Positions 48,995 through 62,598 of a stretch of 64,000 bases of DNA are shown here, piece by piece; the first letter of the stretch is position 1, and each line of letters opens with the position of its first letter. The stretch comes from Octopus sinensis (lineage: Eukaryota), in the NCBI RefSeq assembly GCF_006345805.1, contig NC_042998.1, positions 41,850,001 through 41,914,000 on the forward strand. The letters are read 5' to 3'. A program made the translations under genes and the position numbers. The notes below the pieces were generated by a model that was not told the origin of the DNA, did no database searches, and saw only the letters and a list, made by a program, of their open reading frames with translations.

Positions 48995-49950
48995 ATACAT
49001 CATCATAATCATCATTTAATGTCCACTCTTCATGCTGGCATGTGTTAGATGGTTTGACTAGAGCTGATGAGTCAGAGAGCTGCACCAGGTTCCAGACTAG
49101 TTTGGCATGGTTTCTACAGCTGGATTCCCTTCCTAACACCAACTATCCCAGGAGTGTAATAAGTACCTTTACATGCCACTAGCATGGGTGCCATTTATAT
49201 GACACCGGTAATGACCACGGCTATGATACACGGGTGGGTGCCATTTACATGGCACTGGCAATGACCACAACTAATGGGTGGAATTTACATGGCACTGCCA
49301 GTGACCATGATTCCTGGGCACCAATTTACATGGCACCGTTGATGACCATGACTTTGATGCATGGATGCCATTTACATGGTACCATCAAGCGACCAGGTAT
49401 CAATGACTACAATTCATGGGTGTTATTTTCATGGTACTGCTAATGGCCACGGCTATGATGCACAGGTGCCATTTACATATCGGCATGTCCACAACTATGA
49501 TTTCACTTGGCCTGATGAGTCTTCTCAATTACAGCATATTGCCAGAGTTCTCAGTCACTTGTCATCACCTCCGTGAAGTCTAACATTCAAAGATCATGCT
49601 TCACCACCTCATCCAATGTCTTCTGGGTCTATTTCTTCCACAGGTTCCCTCCACAGTTAGAGATCAGCACTTCTTTACACAGCTGTCCTCGTCCATATGC
49701 ATTACATGACCATACCAAGGTAGTCATCTCTCTTGCACATCACATCTGATACTTCTTATGCCCAGCTTTTCTCTCAAGATGCTTACACTTTGTTGTACAT
49801 GCACACTGACATTGCACATCCAGTGAAGTATACTAGCTTCATTTTTTCAAGTCTACACATGTTCACAGCAGTCACAGCCCATGTTTCACTGCCATGTAGC
49901 ATAGCTATTTGCACTCAGGCATCATGCAATCTGCTTTTCACTCTCTGATA
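48995..49950 (-). mobile_element. Older 5'-truncated copy of the PHD-type RTE family (C-terminus, 3'UTR units and tail)
   Basis: 49540-49930 is collinear with 660-1050 (gcttcaccac, ttccacaggttccctc, tgaccatacca); ~30-bp decayed units at 49170-49500. Confidence 0.85.
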
Positions 49951-50183
49951 TACTGTATATCAGATAACACTATCTGATATACTGGTTGATACCATGATAT
50001 TGTGATACATACTCACACACTATATCTTGAAGAGTTCAATTGAATGAGTGAAAGTGCTAATAAAGAATTATCCAAAATTCTGACTGCCTCCTTCTTCATA
50101 ATATAAAATATCTGTACACCACTTCAAACACACACACCCACACACACACCCACACACACACACTCTCTCTCTCTCTCTCTCTA

Positions 50184-50785
50184 AGCATGACCTTCAAATG
50201 TTGGGCCTTAAAGAGGCAATGACGAAAGACCAAGACCTCTGGAGATATGCTGTGACTGCGAAGACCCGACAAATGACGTGAGTTCATGGCTGTTTCCTGC
50301 ACCAGCTTCACATAACAGCCCCAACCCATCCAAAGTACCTTGGATCGCAGGACGGCCTGCTGTGCTTACCTTGGAGTGTAGGGTGACCTGCTGTGCTTGA
50401 GAAGACCTATTGAGTCAGGTACATCAACATCAAATAAAAATCAAATGGAAATTGTTGTTGTGATACCTGTGCTGGTGGCATGTAAAAAGCACCATCCGAA
50501 CGTGGCCGATGCCAGTGCCACCATGACTGGCTTCCATGCTGGTGACATGTAAAAAGCACCAACTGATCGTGGCTGTTGCCAGCCTCCCCTGGCACCTGTG
50601 CCAGTGGCACATAAAAAGCACCCACTACACTCACGGAGTGGTTGGCGTTAGGAAGGGCATCCAACTGTAGAAACACTGCCAGATCAGACTGGAGCTTGGT
50701 GCAGCCTTCTTGCCTCCCAGATCCTGGTCGAACCGTCCAACCCATGCTAGCATGGAAAATGGACGTTAAACGAAGATGATGATAT
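50184..50785 (+). mobile_element. 5'-truncated RTE (last ~35 codons, 3'UTR and tail)
   Basis: KHDLQMLGLKEAMTKDQDLWRYAVTAKTRQ matches the C-terminus of ORF 627-2840; standard tail and (GAT)n follow. Confidence 0.92.
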
Positions 50786-50810
50786 ATATATGTGTGTGTG
50801 TGTGTATATA

Positions 50811-50842
<32 letters not shown>

Positions 50843-52519
50843 AAGTGTATATATATAAAGTATATATCAGCAAAAATATTCACATTAGTGAAAATAATTG
50901 CTGATAAATTGGTGTTCAGAAGAGAAATAGATGGTGGCATTGTGGCATTCCTTGTGACTGGCTATGGGAAACTCACAAATAACTTATTGTTTACAAATGG
51001 GGAAATTTAGTGAGGAATCATACCTGCTACTCTCAGCTTTCAGTGCAAAAGTTGTATTAGTAAATTTTTAACATTTTAGAAGTCTTAAACATCTATGGCA
51101 TATTTATTTAAGCAACATCTTGATTATAAAACCATTTGGCTAAATTTTGATAAATGCATTTTCCATTCCCATTTGGTTTCTGTACAATTTGTTTACTTTT
51201 CCCTGAGCCTGAGTATGTATCATATTCATGCTATATATATTTATGTACACCGAGAAGACGTGTATCTATGTTGATAGGGCATTCAAAATCAACAAAGCAG
51301 TCAGCAGTTCACAACACTTAACTCTTAAATGATGCATACTATCTAGCTGAAAATAGATACTAGATACAATAGGATAAGAACAACCTGCTGCTGTAAGTAG
51401 TGGTGGCACTATAAAATGTATTTGCTTGTAGTGCTGAGCTTAGCACTTCATGAGGGTCAATACCAAGCCTCTGAAGTTGTCTACTGGGCTTAGTTCACTT
51501 CACTTGCAATTGTATTTAGGGCTTGGTCCTGAATATGAAGTACATCTAATGGATTATTAGAAACAGTTAATTTCATGTTATAGTTATCTTCCAAAAGCAT
51601 TCACAACCATCAGGTGGATTTCTTATTTGACTGTGATGCACTACTGTATTTTGTGTGTAGACACTGCACATCATCATCACCATTTAACATTCATTTTCCA
51701 TGCTGGGATGGACTGGATGGCATGACAGGAACTGGTGAACCAGGCAGCTGCACCAAGCTCTACTGTAAGGGACAACCACTTGTTGTTTTGTGGAGCTCTC
51801 CTTCTGCCTTGGTGGTATTGCAATAAATTAATTCATCCTACATCATTTGACATTTAGTTAACTTCCAAACTCAAAACTGCCTATAACTAAGCACATTAAA
51901 AACCTTAAAGTCTAATCACATCAATTGTTCGGTAAAATCAAATTGTCATATGGTTGTAAAGCAAGTGCCAAAGGGAGGATCATATTTTTTATTTTTTATT
52001 TTTATTCACTTCCTTTAAAAAATGGTTTCATTCAGCTTTATTTGATTATGATGTTTAGTGGTCTGCTTGTTAATTATTTCCATTGTTAACAAAATGATGT
52101 ATTTATTTTTAATTATGATTTACCTGTATTAATATTATTTGTTACATAATTTTAAATGATGCCAATACGGTTTAGTAATATTTTTTTAGTTTCAAAGTTA
52201 TTAGGTAAATAAGCAAATATTGAGACAGCTATTGTGTAGTTGACTCCTACCATAATATTCCTGGTTTTATGAAAACAGATATCATTATTACCCCTTTTTG
52301 CATTTCAGTTATGTATTGCTTTCATTTTACTTCAGTATTTTATTGTTGTACTTTGTAACTAAAAGATTCTCTTTATTTTGTTGGATTTTATAAAATAATT
52401 GAATTGTTTAGAGTTGTACAACAAGAAATAGTTTATCTTTTTGTAGGAAATAGTTACCATTCATACTTTAGCTCCAGTTTTGAGGTCTTGTTGTTGTTAT
52501 TATTATTATTTCCAAACAT

Positions 52520-52740
52520 GGTCAATGCCAGTGTCCCCTGATTGGCACCTATGCTGGTAGGACGTAAAAAGCACCCACTACACTCTCAGAGTTGTTGGCG
52601 TTAGGAAGGGCATCCAGCTGTAGAAACATTGCCAGATCAGATTGGAGCCTGGTGCAGCCCACTGGCTTGCCAGACCTCAGTCAAACTGTCCAACCCATGC
52701 CAGCATGGAAAGCAGACGTTAAACGATGATGATGATGATT
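52520..52740 (+). mobile_element. RTE 3' tail copy
   Basis: acgtaaaaagcacccactacactctc ... ccatgccagcatgg ... (GAT)n. Confidence 0.9.
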
Positions 52741-53950
52741 ATTATTATTTTTATATACACACAACAGATTAGACTGTTGGAAAAGAAACAAATCCTAACC
52801 TTATATGCCAAAAACCCACCTAAGTATCCTAGCTGTCCCTAATAACACTGCTTTCTGGAGCTGTACTAAACTGGGTTTTATGCCTATTTCCTCTATCCAT
52901 CTAAGAATAGCTACTGAGCTATTCTTTTCTGATATCTGGAGAGCTTGCCAGATACTGCTATGATATGCTGTTTCAACTCTTATATTACTGTCCCAAATCC
53001 TTTCTCTTTGACTAAGTATCTTTTCTCAAAGGAAGATTTGCAGCTTGTGTTTCCTAACTTGTTCAGTTTCCAGGTTTCTATTCTACTCAGACTTCGTCTG
53101 AAAGTCTTCATCTGAAATTCTTCACTTTATTTTATAGTCTCTTTTTCCACATTTACTCTTTTTTAATCTTTCACTATGAGATATCTAATCTTCTAATGAC
53201 TACTACCCCTCCTGCGTAGATCAATAAGTTAGTGTCTCCTATATTTTTAGTCTCTATCCTACTGATGACTGAATCTACTTTCCTAGTCATACCTAGCAGC
53301 TTCTTTCTGTTGGTGCTTTTTAATGATGGCAATCTTTTTCTTACTTCTTTACTCATTACTTCCTAAAACTCATCTAAAATCTTCTGATCTTCCCAACTTA
53401 AATCACTTAAGTTGTTGGTGCCAGTTGTCCCTTTCTTATTGGTAGCACTATTATATTTTTTTCTTTAGGTTCTTTGGTTTGAGCTGTATCTCTTATGTTG
53501 TTTGTTTTTCCTACCGCCTGGTCTTTCTTTTCCAGTTCACTTGTGATCTCTTCTATCTCCACTTCTGTCATCCACTTTCTTATCCTAATAGCATTAGCTT
53601 GATCTACTAATCTCTGCTCAGTCACTTAAAACATATCTTTCTCTACCCAAAGTGTTAACATCCCGTTTTCCATAGCCCCTTTTTTTAGGTTCACTTTCTA
53701 AGTAGTACTGCATCACTATCCTGCTTTCTTTGATGATCCACTTCCTCCTTACTCTATTATCTGCTGATGCTGTATTCAGATAACAGCTGTAGTCAGTCTG
53801 CATCTTTACTGAACCTCTGCTGAGTGAGAGGCCTTCCCTTAAAGGTCCAGCCTTATTTCTGCTATTACAGCCAGAGTTCCTTCAGAAACTCCTGTCTCTC
53901 ATAAACTGTGGTAAGGTAACATTTGTTACCATCGTCATTGCCACTATTAT
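52740..53950 (-). mobile_element. R4/Dong-like RLE retrotransposon remnant lacking RT and RLE domains
   Basis: N-terminal blocks RRKW..., TEQRLVDQANAIR..., ELKQHIIA...YQKR joined to the C-terminal LQKAVLLGTARILR; short (TAA) tail. Confidence 0.65.
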
Positions 53951-54499
53951 TTTCTGACATCTGATAGTTTCAAGCAACTTTCTACAGCATCATTTGTTGC
54001 ACCCTCTGTGCTGGTAGGGTGGTATGTGCTGCCCTTTTTCTTGGGGGGGGGGCATGAGATAAATGGTGGAGAATGGAGGCAATATTGTATTGTATCAGTA
54101 TATTTTGTTATGGGGTTTGGTTTTGTATTATTTCTTATATTGTGTGTTGTTTGTGCAGCACAGGTTGTGTTCTGTTGGGTATCGGCCTTCTATGGCATAT
54201 GTTGTGGGCTTCGTTCATTTTGTTGGGTATTTACAGTACGGGTTTATTCCTGTATGTTTTTGGAGAAGTGTTGCATAGTAGTGTATGTAATTCATAAATC
54301 AGCTATTTCATAGTATTTATGATTATCTGTCCACCGTTCTTTCTCTTTTGGATGGTTTTGTTATGGGTCCTGGGTCCATTTTTACAACATTTACTTTTTT
54401 AACTGAACACTACCCATAGACAGGTGTTGATGTTTCTTTCATAGTTATAATTATTATTGATGCATCAATGAAAGACTGAGAAGAAACGGTGGTGGTGGC

Positions 54500-54720
54500 A
54501 TTGTCATGTCAAGGCAGCAATCATTCGCATGCCAGACTAAATGCTTAATGGCATTTCATCTGTTTTTTGTTTTTTTTTTGTTCTGAGTTCAAATTCTGCG
54601 AAGGTTGACTTTGCCTTTAATCCTTTCAGGGTTGATAAAAATAAGTGAAGCACTGGGGTCAATGTAATTGACTAACCTCCTCCCCAAAAATTTCCAACCT
54701 TGTGCCTGTAATAGAAAGGA
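54500..54720 (+). mobile_element. SINE family B
   Basis: ttctgagttcaaattc ... gactttgcctttaatcctttcaggg ... cactggggtcaatgtaat. Confidence 0.8.
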
Positions 54721-56769
54721 TCATCATCATCATCATCATTATCTCATCATTGTTATCATTATTATTAAAATGAAGAAATATTCTAGATTTAACTTTCAGA
54801 GACTGACCCAATTTTCTGACAATATTTTGTGTTTGTATTATTTTTGCTTAATGGTTGTTCACATAATTGTCTCTCAAAATCTATCTGCTGTCCTTGCATT
54901 AATTCTTGTTTTTCTCCATACTAGGCCATCTTGCAAAATTGATAGAGTATTTAAGAATTCCATTTTGATATTGACCATAACAAGCTTGGTTTCTTTTTTA
55001 TTCCTTTATCTCTTAAATTAAATTCCTGAGTTTTTAAAACTTGAGCTATGAAATGAATTATTAATAAAGGGAATTCTCAATAAGCAAATTGAGTCAAATT
55101 TGATATTTCTGCTTAAATTTACTGGTTATGAAGTCTTATATATATATATATTTATATATATATATATGATGTGTAAAATAAACTGAGAACATACATAAAT
55201 TCTAGCACCCCAGATAAAAAAAAAATTTTAAGTCATAAAAGTAATCTATGTGGAAGTTTATGATGTTATTTTTAATGTTTGAGAAACTGCTATAGTTATT
55301 TTTTTCTGTTTGTACATTAACTCAGTATTTTAGTTTTTTTTAAAAATTTTATATTTAGAATTCTATACTACACAATAATTTGGTATACCATCCACTAAAA
55401 CTGAATTCATATGTTTCCATATCTACAATGATTGTTTTCAACATCTCTTTTATTTGTGTAGTGCAATGTAATTCTTTATATTAGTAAAAAAGGAATAGGT
55501 TTGTTATATATTCTCTTAAGCCTTCAGTTGCTGCCTTCTCTGCAGAAGCTTGTAATAATGAGCCCTTTCTGTGTTGCCTTTGATGAGGACAGCTCTTGAC
55601 ACTTATCATACTGGTGATTAATGCAACCTCTATAAGTTTATATCTGGTATATTGGTTTGATGGTCTGTCCTGTCAGAAATTCAAATGTATTTTATCTTCT
55701 GATCCTGTAATTTCATTAAGATAGAAATGGAAATTTTCAAATGTTTTGAAATGAATATTTTCATTCACAACATTTAGGGGTTTTACACAAATTTGAGGAT
55801 ATGAAAATTGTTATTAATATTTTTGTTATCATCATCTTCATTGTTTTAGATGAAGTACAAAGTACAAATATGACTTTTTGTAATAATATTTCATTATATA
55901 TTAAGTAGGTGTTATATGCATTGACCTACTTTAGAGAAGCTGCAGTTTGATATATAATCTTGATAAAAAATAAAAATATTAATATAAATAAATATTATAG
56001 TAAATATTTTAATTTGAAGTGGTTGTTGTTTTTAGCATATATTATGTTTGGAAGAGAAAATGAATATGCAATGAAAAAAACTGAATAGTTTTAATAACTT
56101 AATCCAAATTTTTCAACAGTTAATTTGGTGATGGTTTCGTCATTAAGCCTGCAAGATAAGAATGTTAAGGTTTCTGTTAATCCATCATGGAAGATGTTTT
56201 GATAATATCTTAATAATTTTGATGTGTTGAAATTTGAATATCATTAAATTATTTGTTCTTGCTCTTATGGAGATACATAGTTAATGACATATATGGTAAA
56301 ATTTATTGGGGATTATTTAAATTCTTTTAAATTTCTTTCAAAAAGAAAAAGCAAACATTTAAAAAAAGATCTCCATTGAGTGAAAACAAAGAAAACTAAT
56401 ATCTTAATTTTGTAACATTTTTCTCTTGGCAATTTGTAGCTTTCTCAGTTAACCCAGGGAGTCAATGTTCAGAGGCTACCCTAAGAAGATGAAAGGGTAA
56501 ATACAGACTGAGGGTAAACTTCTGTCTGTATTTAAGAATTAAATATCCTCTAGTATGTATCAACATTTCTATTTCTGTAGAATCTTTTTTTCAGGTTTGC
56601 ATTGCAAGCAAACTGATTTGGTTTTAGTGTTTCCTATTTTCGTCCAGTAGATCTAGTAGCTGTAGTGGCAGTAGCAGTAGCAGCAGCTTCTACTGTTAGT
56701 TACTTTTGTCCAATATAGCACCGTGTGGTGTGTGCTTTGGTATTTTCTTGGCACCTAGGCACTAGTTGA

Positions 56770-57100
56770 GTAGATATATATATAGTATATATATATAGTA
56801 TATATATATAGTATATATATATAGTATATATATATTATAGTATATATATATATATATAGTATATATATTATATATATATATATTATATATATAATATTAT
56901 ATATATATATATATAGTATATATATATAGTATATATATATATATATATATATAGTATAATATATATATATAGATATATATATATATATATATAGTATATA
57001 TATATAGTATATATATATATAGTATATATATAGCATATATACATATATATATATATATATATTTGTATGTGTGTGTGTATATATATATATATGCACATAT

Positions 57101-57144
<44 letters not shown>

Positions 57145-57176
57145 ATAATATTATATATATATATATATATATATAG

Positions 57177-57217
<41 letters not shown>

Positions 57218-57228
57218 GTATATATATA

Positions 57229-57269
<41 letters not shown>

Positions 57270-57608
57270 TATATATAGCATATATACATATATATATATA
57301 TTGTATGTGTGTGTGTATATATATATATGCACATATATATATATGTATATATATAGTATATATATAGCATATATACATATATATATATATTTGTATGTGT
57401 GTGTGTATATATATATATGCACATATATATATATGTATATATATAGTATATATATAGCATATATACATATATATATATATTTGTATGTGTGTGTGTATAT
57501 ATATATATGCACATATATATATATATATGTATATATATAGTATATATATAGCATATATACATATATATATATATATTTGTATGTGTGTGTGTGTATATAT
57601 ATATATAT

Positions 57609-57662
<54 letters not shown>
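56770..57662. repeat. TA-rich microsatellite block containing a ~90-bp higher-order repeat
   Basis: Landmark ttgtatgtgtgtgtg at 57063, 57301, 57391, 57481 and 57577. Confidence 0.95.
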
Positions 57663-57664
<2 letters not shown>

Positions 57665-58779
57665 CAGTATGGTGGTGTGTTGGCTGCATTGCATGAAGAT
57701 GTGGTGGAGGAGTCAAAAGACAAAAACAGATATATATTTAAAGATGACTTGTCTATGAAAGGGATTACATTTTAGCACAGAGTCTATCATTGCCAATCTG
57801 CCATTACTACCAGCATCAGTATTATCACCACTGTTAGGAAAATCAAGTTTTCTTTTGTTTTGGCTTTAAAAAAAAAAAGAAGATATTTTCTTTAAACGTG
57901 TTAATCAAGTGGTACCTGGCACATTTAATAAATCTGCTGTTTTGTTTTATAAATAGAAAACTAACTTAAGTTCCTAATTTGAATATATACTTTTAGGTGA
58001 ATATTTCATTTGTTGTTCTGATATGCTTACGACATATGTCAATATGATAGAAACATAAAACTGCTTAAGAGCATTTCAATGACAACCTTTTGTACATTAT
58101 TTACAATGAGATATTTTCTGTAATTGCTTTCCAGTAATATTTTGGTTGAAGTCTAAGTGCATTTAATGTAAAATTAATTTCTATTCCTGATATTGTTTGA
58201 CAATATTATGTTAATTAAGATTATAATAAATCTTTACCAAATATATCCATAAAAATTGTCTCCTCCACCAATCACAATGATCTAAATCACGTAGAAATGT
58301 TACAATAAAAAAACATTTTCTCACAAGCTGAGATTTTTAAAAAAATTGATATTAATAAAAGAAACTTTATTAAATTCAATAAAAAAATAAATATTTTGAA
58401 TATGTGGGGACACAAACACACATACACACACTCACACATGCACATACACACACAATGCATGCACGTGCACACACACACAATTTATTGGAATTGAATTTTT
58501 ACAAATAGTTACTCAAAGCTCCTTACTAATCTACAGACAATTATGAAAAATGGAATATAAAAATAGTATGCCATGGCATACATTGAGTTATGTGAATGTC
58601 ATAAATACTTTCAAAATCCATAAATATTTTAAAAAATGGAGGCAATAAGATCCATATTATTCTAAATATTTGGAATGTTACTGAAATCATCTGTTTGGCG
58701 GCATATTTGGAAAGTAAATGTAAATCTGTTTATAATAGCTTAGCATCTCAGGTCTTTCATCAATATCATCAACATCATC

Positions 58780-59160
58780 ATCATTATTTAGCATCCACAT
58801 TCCATGCTGGCATGGGTGAGATGGTTTGACTGGAATTGGTAAGCCAAAGAGCTGTACCAGGTGCCAGTCTGATTTTGGCTTGGTTTCTATGGCTGGATGC
58901 CCTTCCTAATGCCAATCACTCTAAGAATGTAGTGGGTAGCTTTAATGTGTCACCGGCATGGGTACTTTGATGTGTCACCACACTGGCCACAACTATGATT
59001 TCACTTGATGAATCTTCTCAAGCACAGCAAATCTTGAAAGGCCTCGATCACTTGTCATTGATTCCATGAGACCCGACTTTTAAAGATCAAGCTTCACCAC
59101 CTCATCCCATGTCTTCCTTGGTTTACCTCTTCCACAAGTTCTCTCCACAGTTAGAGATCG
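58780..59160 (-). mobile_element. Older RTE 3' end copy
   Basis: Tail plus gcttcaccacctcatccca ... ttccacaagttc, matching the ORF2 C-terminus. Confidence 0.8.
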
Positions 59161-59624
59161 GCAAAACATAAATATCTTGAAAAAGAATGAATCGCTTTTC
59201 TGTTAGGCAAAATATATAATGCAAATTTTAATGAAAGTGACCATTTATATATGTAGAAGCATGCTCAAGGATAACCATTTGATTCTGAATATTGTTGGAT
59301 TTTAAAAAGCAGATATGCTGGGAAAAGCTTGTAATTTTTTTGAATGAAATTTTCTTGAATGAATGGATATAATAGTAAAAGTAAATCTTGAAGCAATTCT
59401 TGTTAATGCTTGGTTGCACCTTAGTGCAATATTTATGGATTCTCAAAAGATGTGGCTTATCTTATATCTATGATTGAATGGAAAATAGAAAATAAGTGGA
59501 TTTAAAAAATCTTTGGCAATATTTGTTTGTGTATTTAAACAGAAAACTGGATTATACCACAAAATATTTCTTGGTCTCTTTTATGCTTGGGACATTAAAG
59601 CAGATTGTTTATTGCATTTTATCT

Positions 59625-60210
59625 ATACAGCCACTCTTACAAAGAGTTTCGTTAGAGTAATGGAAGCACCTTCATCTGAAGATAATTAGGGATTATTGTA
59701 TGTTGTGAATGGAATTAAATATTCTGCTCTGTCATCTCATGTATTAAGAGCAGTAGTGATTTCTTTAGATTAAGGTATTGGTGCTAGCTTTTTTGTAAAT
59801 ACTAGAAATGCTATTGGTATTAGACAAATTATGTGTTTCTCTCTATGCCATGAGGATCTTTTTTCTTGTCTGATGTCTGATGATTTATAGATTTTCTTGG
59901 GGTACAGTAATGATGGTAAATTTTTATTAAAGAGCTTTGAAAGTTATGACCTTTTCTAAATTTTACTCTCTTCAGCTAATTGAAAAGATCTGTTTCAAAT
60001 GGTTCCAGTTCTTTAGTTGTTGGTGAGTTCTGTCTAAATCCAGACTTATTGTATACATATGTTTTAGGAGTATCTTTGTTGAAAAATAGGTCTACATTCT
60101 CATTCTTCTTGTAAAATCTTAAGATTCCACAATTAAAAATTTCAAGTATTTTTTTTTAGATAGAATAGATATATTTTTGATGGAAAAATTCAGTGGGTAC
60201 TGCTCCATAT
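59625..60210 (-). mobile_element. Penelope-like ORF N-terminal remnant
   Basis: LNFSIKNISILSKKKYLKFLI, NSPTTKELEPFETDLFN*LKRVKFRK, DDRAEYL resemble the pre-RT region of PLE proteins. Confidence 0.6.
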
Positions 60211-60559
60211 TCTACTAGGGCTTTCCATCTGTAAACAATGCTCTTGCATAAAATTCAATCAAGGAACCAGAAAAAATTCACAAGCTTTTCTGAGCATGTT
60301 TTGTTTTTAAAAGAAACATGTCCAACTGAATTTAAATTCAAGAGGGTAATGCTAGAGCTTCTCCATATGTACATAGAGCTTTCATTCAAATTTGCACTGT
60401 AAATTATGCCTAGCTGAAAAATTATTCATTCTGTTTCAAAACATTTATGCTTTAAACAAAAGGTCTGTTGTAGGCATACTAGGCATACAACAACCCTTTA
60501 AACAAAGAGTTGTTGTAGGAAGACTTTAAAATACTTACTTTTCAACTATGCTCCCCCAG

Positions 60560-60634
60560 GAAGATGATTCCCAGAATATTCCAAAAAATGAGAACAATAT
60601 GGATCTCATCTCCACAGTTTTTGAAAATTTATGG
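60560..60634 (+). CDS. Weak candidate 75-nt phase 0-0 exon (EDDSQNIPKNENNMDLISTVFENLW)
   Basis: Pyrimidine tract plus CCCAG acceptor; weak donor G|GTGTTT. Confidence 0.2.
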
Positions 60635-60782
60635 GTGTTTTAGCACCCATAAATTATCTTAAAAGTTTTGAGTTCTCTTCCTCAATGCAGAATATTTTTT
60701 ATGCATACAAAATTATAATTATAAGTATTTTATGTTTTACACATGATAATGATGATGACGACAACAACGACAACGATGATGG

Positions 60783-60813
<31 letters not shown>

Positions 60814-61859
60814 AATAATGATGTTACATACGTTTTCTCATACATTTTCTTACATTTTTACATTTACATATATACTCTTGTGTAGCTTTATCTCCTCCCT
60901 ATTTTTCAAACAACAGATATCACCACCTTCCTCCTTATTTTTCAAATAACAGATATATCATCAACTAATAAGGTTTTTTTCCCCTTTTATCCAATCAGTG
61001 CTTCTTATTATATCCTAATATCCCAACTGTGTGTCTGTTATATGCAATATTTGTGTTCCATTTTTTTTTTTTATAATGCTCTCATGGTCAGAAACAAGAA
61101 ACTTGGATAACAATTTATAAAGTTTCAAAAATTCAATAAATTTTCAAGCTCTGTTTTGAATACTGAGTTCTTTCTTTCTCCTACATGTTTACATTGAAGC
61201 ATTTAAATGTGTGTGTATGTGCAAAGGTACATATATACAAATATATAGCCAGTTTACTCAGTAGATCATCTAAACCTCCATTCAAGAGATATGTAAATAT
61301 TACTTGTTTTATAAAAAATAAACAACTATAAATTCAACTGGAAAAAAATACCTGGTTAAACAAGACTTAAGTGCCATAATGTTCAGATCAGGTATATTCT
61401 TTACAATGTTTCAGAAAAACTAATGTCTTTGTATATTTTTAAACCTGGTAGGCTTCCAGAACTGGAATGCAGTCAGTAAACATAGTGAAAAGCAACCATT
61501 ATTCAACTAACAGTCATGTAATGGTGTAATGATCTGCTGTATAGAAAGAATACTGTACCTTAGAAATACAAGTGTATTTCAGAATGGATAAAAAATAATG
61601 GCAGTGATAATAGGATAAGGTTGTTGTAGCTTAATCAAACTTAGAAACTGCAATAATAACTGAGCATATAAGCATTAGAAATGTCCAATATAACCAGTTT
61701 TATTTTATATCATGTCGTCATTGTAATACTCAGAAGTTTGCTGGAGGTGTCAACTGCATAAACTAATAATAGTGTTATGTTATTAGAGAGATTGTTCTCT
61801 GCTGTATTCAACCTTCCTTGATTTCAAGTAACCAAAATTTGAAAATGTTACCTTTTAAC

Positions 61860-62070
61860 TATTTAGCATTTTAACAGATCATGTCCAGCACAAGTATTCT
61901 ATCTGTTTTATATTTGAACCAGCCAACTCTGGCCTCTCACATCTACCCTATGATGTCATTCTAAAAATTATACAATCACATCATCAAAATCTCAAAGCTA
62001 TAGGATGAGGCATGATTAATTCAAGACAATGTGAATAAATAAACATTACATTTAAAAGAGAAATCTGAAT
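61860..62070. mobile_element. MITE family 1, opposite orientation, ends eroded
   Basis: gcatgattaattca, tcattctaaaaat and ttgaaccagcca match the reverse complement of the 35701 copy. Confidence 0.7.
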
Positions 62071-62289
62071 GTTCATCACACAGAAATCAGATTTGACTAT
62101 ACTGAGATCAGTGATTATCCAATAAATTCTTTAATTTTGAAAAGTCATAACCCACTGGTCAATCAGCTTTAAATATATATTTGATAAGTCACCAACTTAC
62201 TATTACTGCACCATTTATAAACATTTATATATCCTTGTATTGTTCTAGAAGTTCACTTCCATCTGACAAATTTAATACAACGTTGCATG

Positions 62290-62430
62290 CATACATGCAT
62301 GCATACATACATACATACATACATACATACATACATACATACATACATACATACATACATACATACATACATACATACATACGTACATACATACATACAT
62401 ACGTACATACATACACACACACACACACAC
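62290..62430. repeat. (CATA)n followed by (CA)n microsatellite
   Basis: Read directly. Confidence 0.97.
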
Positions 62431-62527
62431 AATTCTCTTTTGGAATTCAATCCCTAAATACATATAAAGCTATATATGATAACATGTGAATATTGGGTTG
62501 AAAATCTCTTGGATAGAAAAAATCATT

Positions 62528-62598
62528 GGTTGCCTGTGGGACTCAAGCCCACATATCCTGTAGACATGACAAGTTCCTTAGCATTGCATCAAAACAAT
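62528..62598 (-). pseudogene. Decayed tRNA-like cloverleaf (pseudo-tRNA or orphan SINE head)
   Basis: T-arm GTGGG-CTTGAGT-CCCAC, anticodon-like arm CTTGT-CATGTCT-ACAGG, acceptor halves ATTGTTT/AGGCAAC; 71 nt. Confidence 0.45.

Noticed and set aside
51416-51493. Signal-peptide-like MYLLVVLSLALHEGQ...
   Set aside because: Only 25 codons, no good donor; expected by chance in T-rich DNA.
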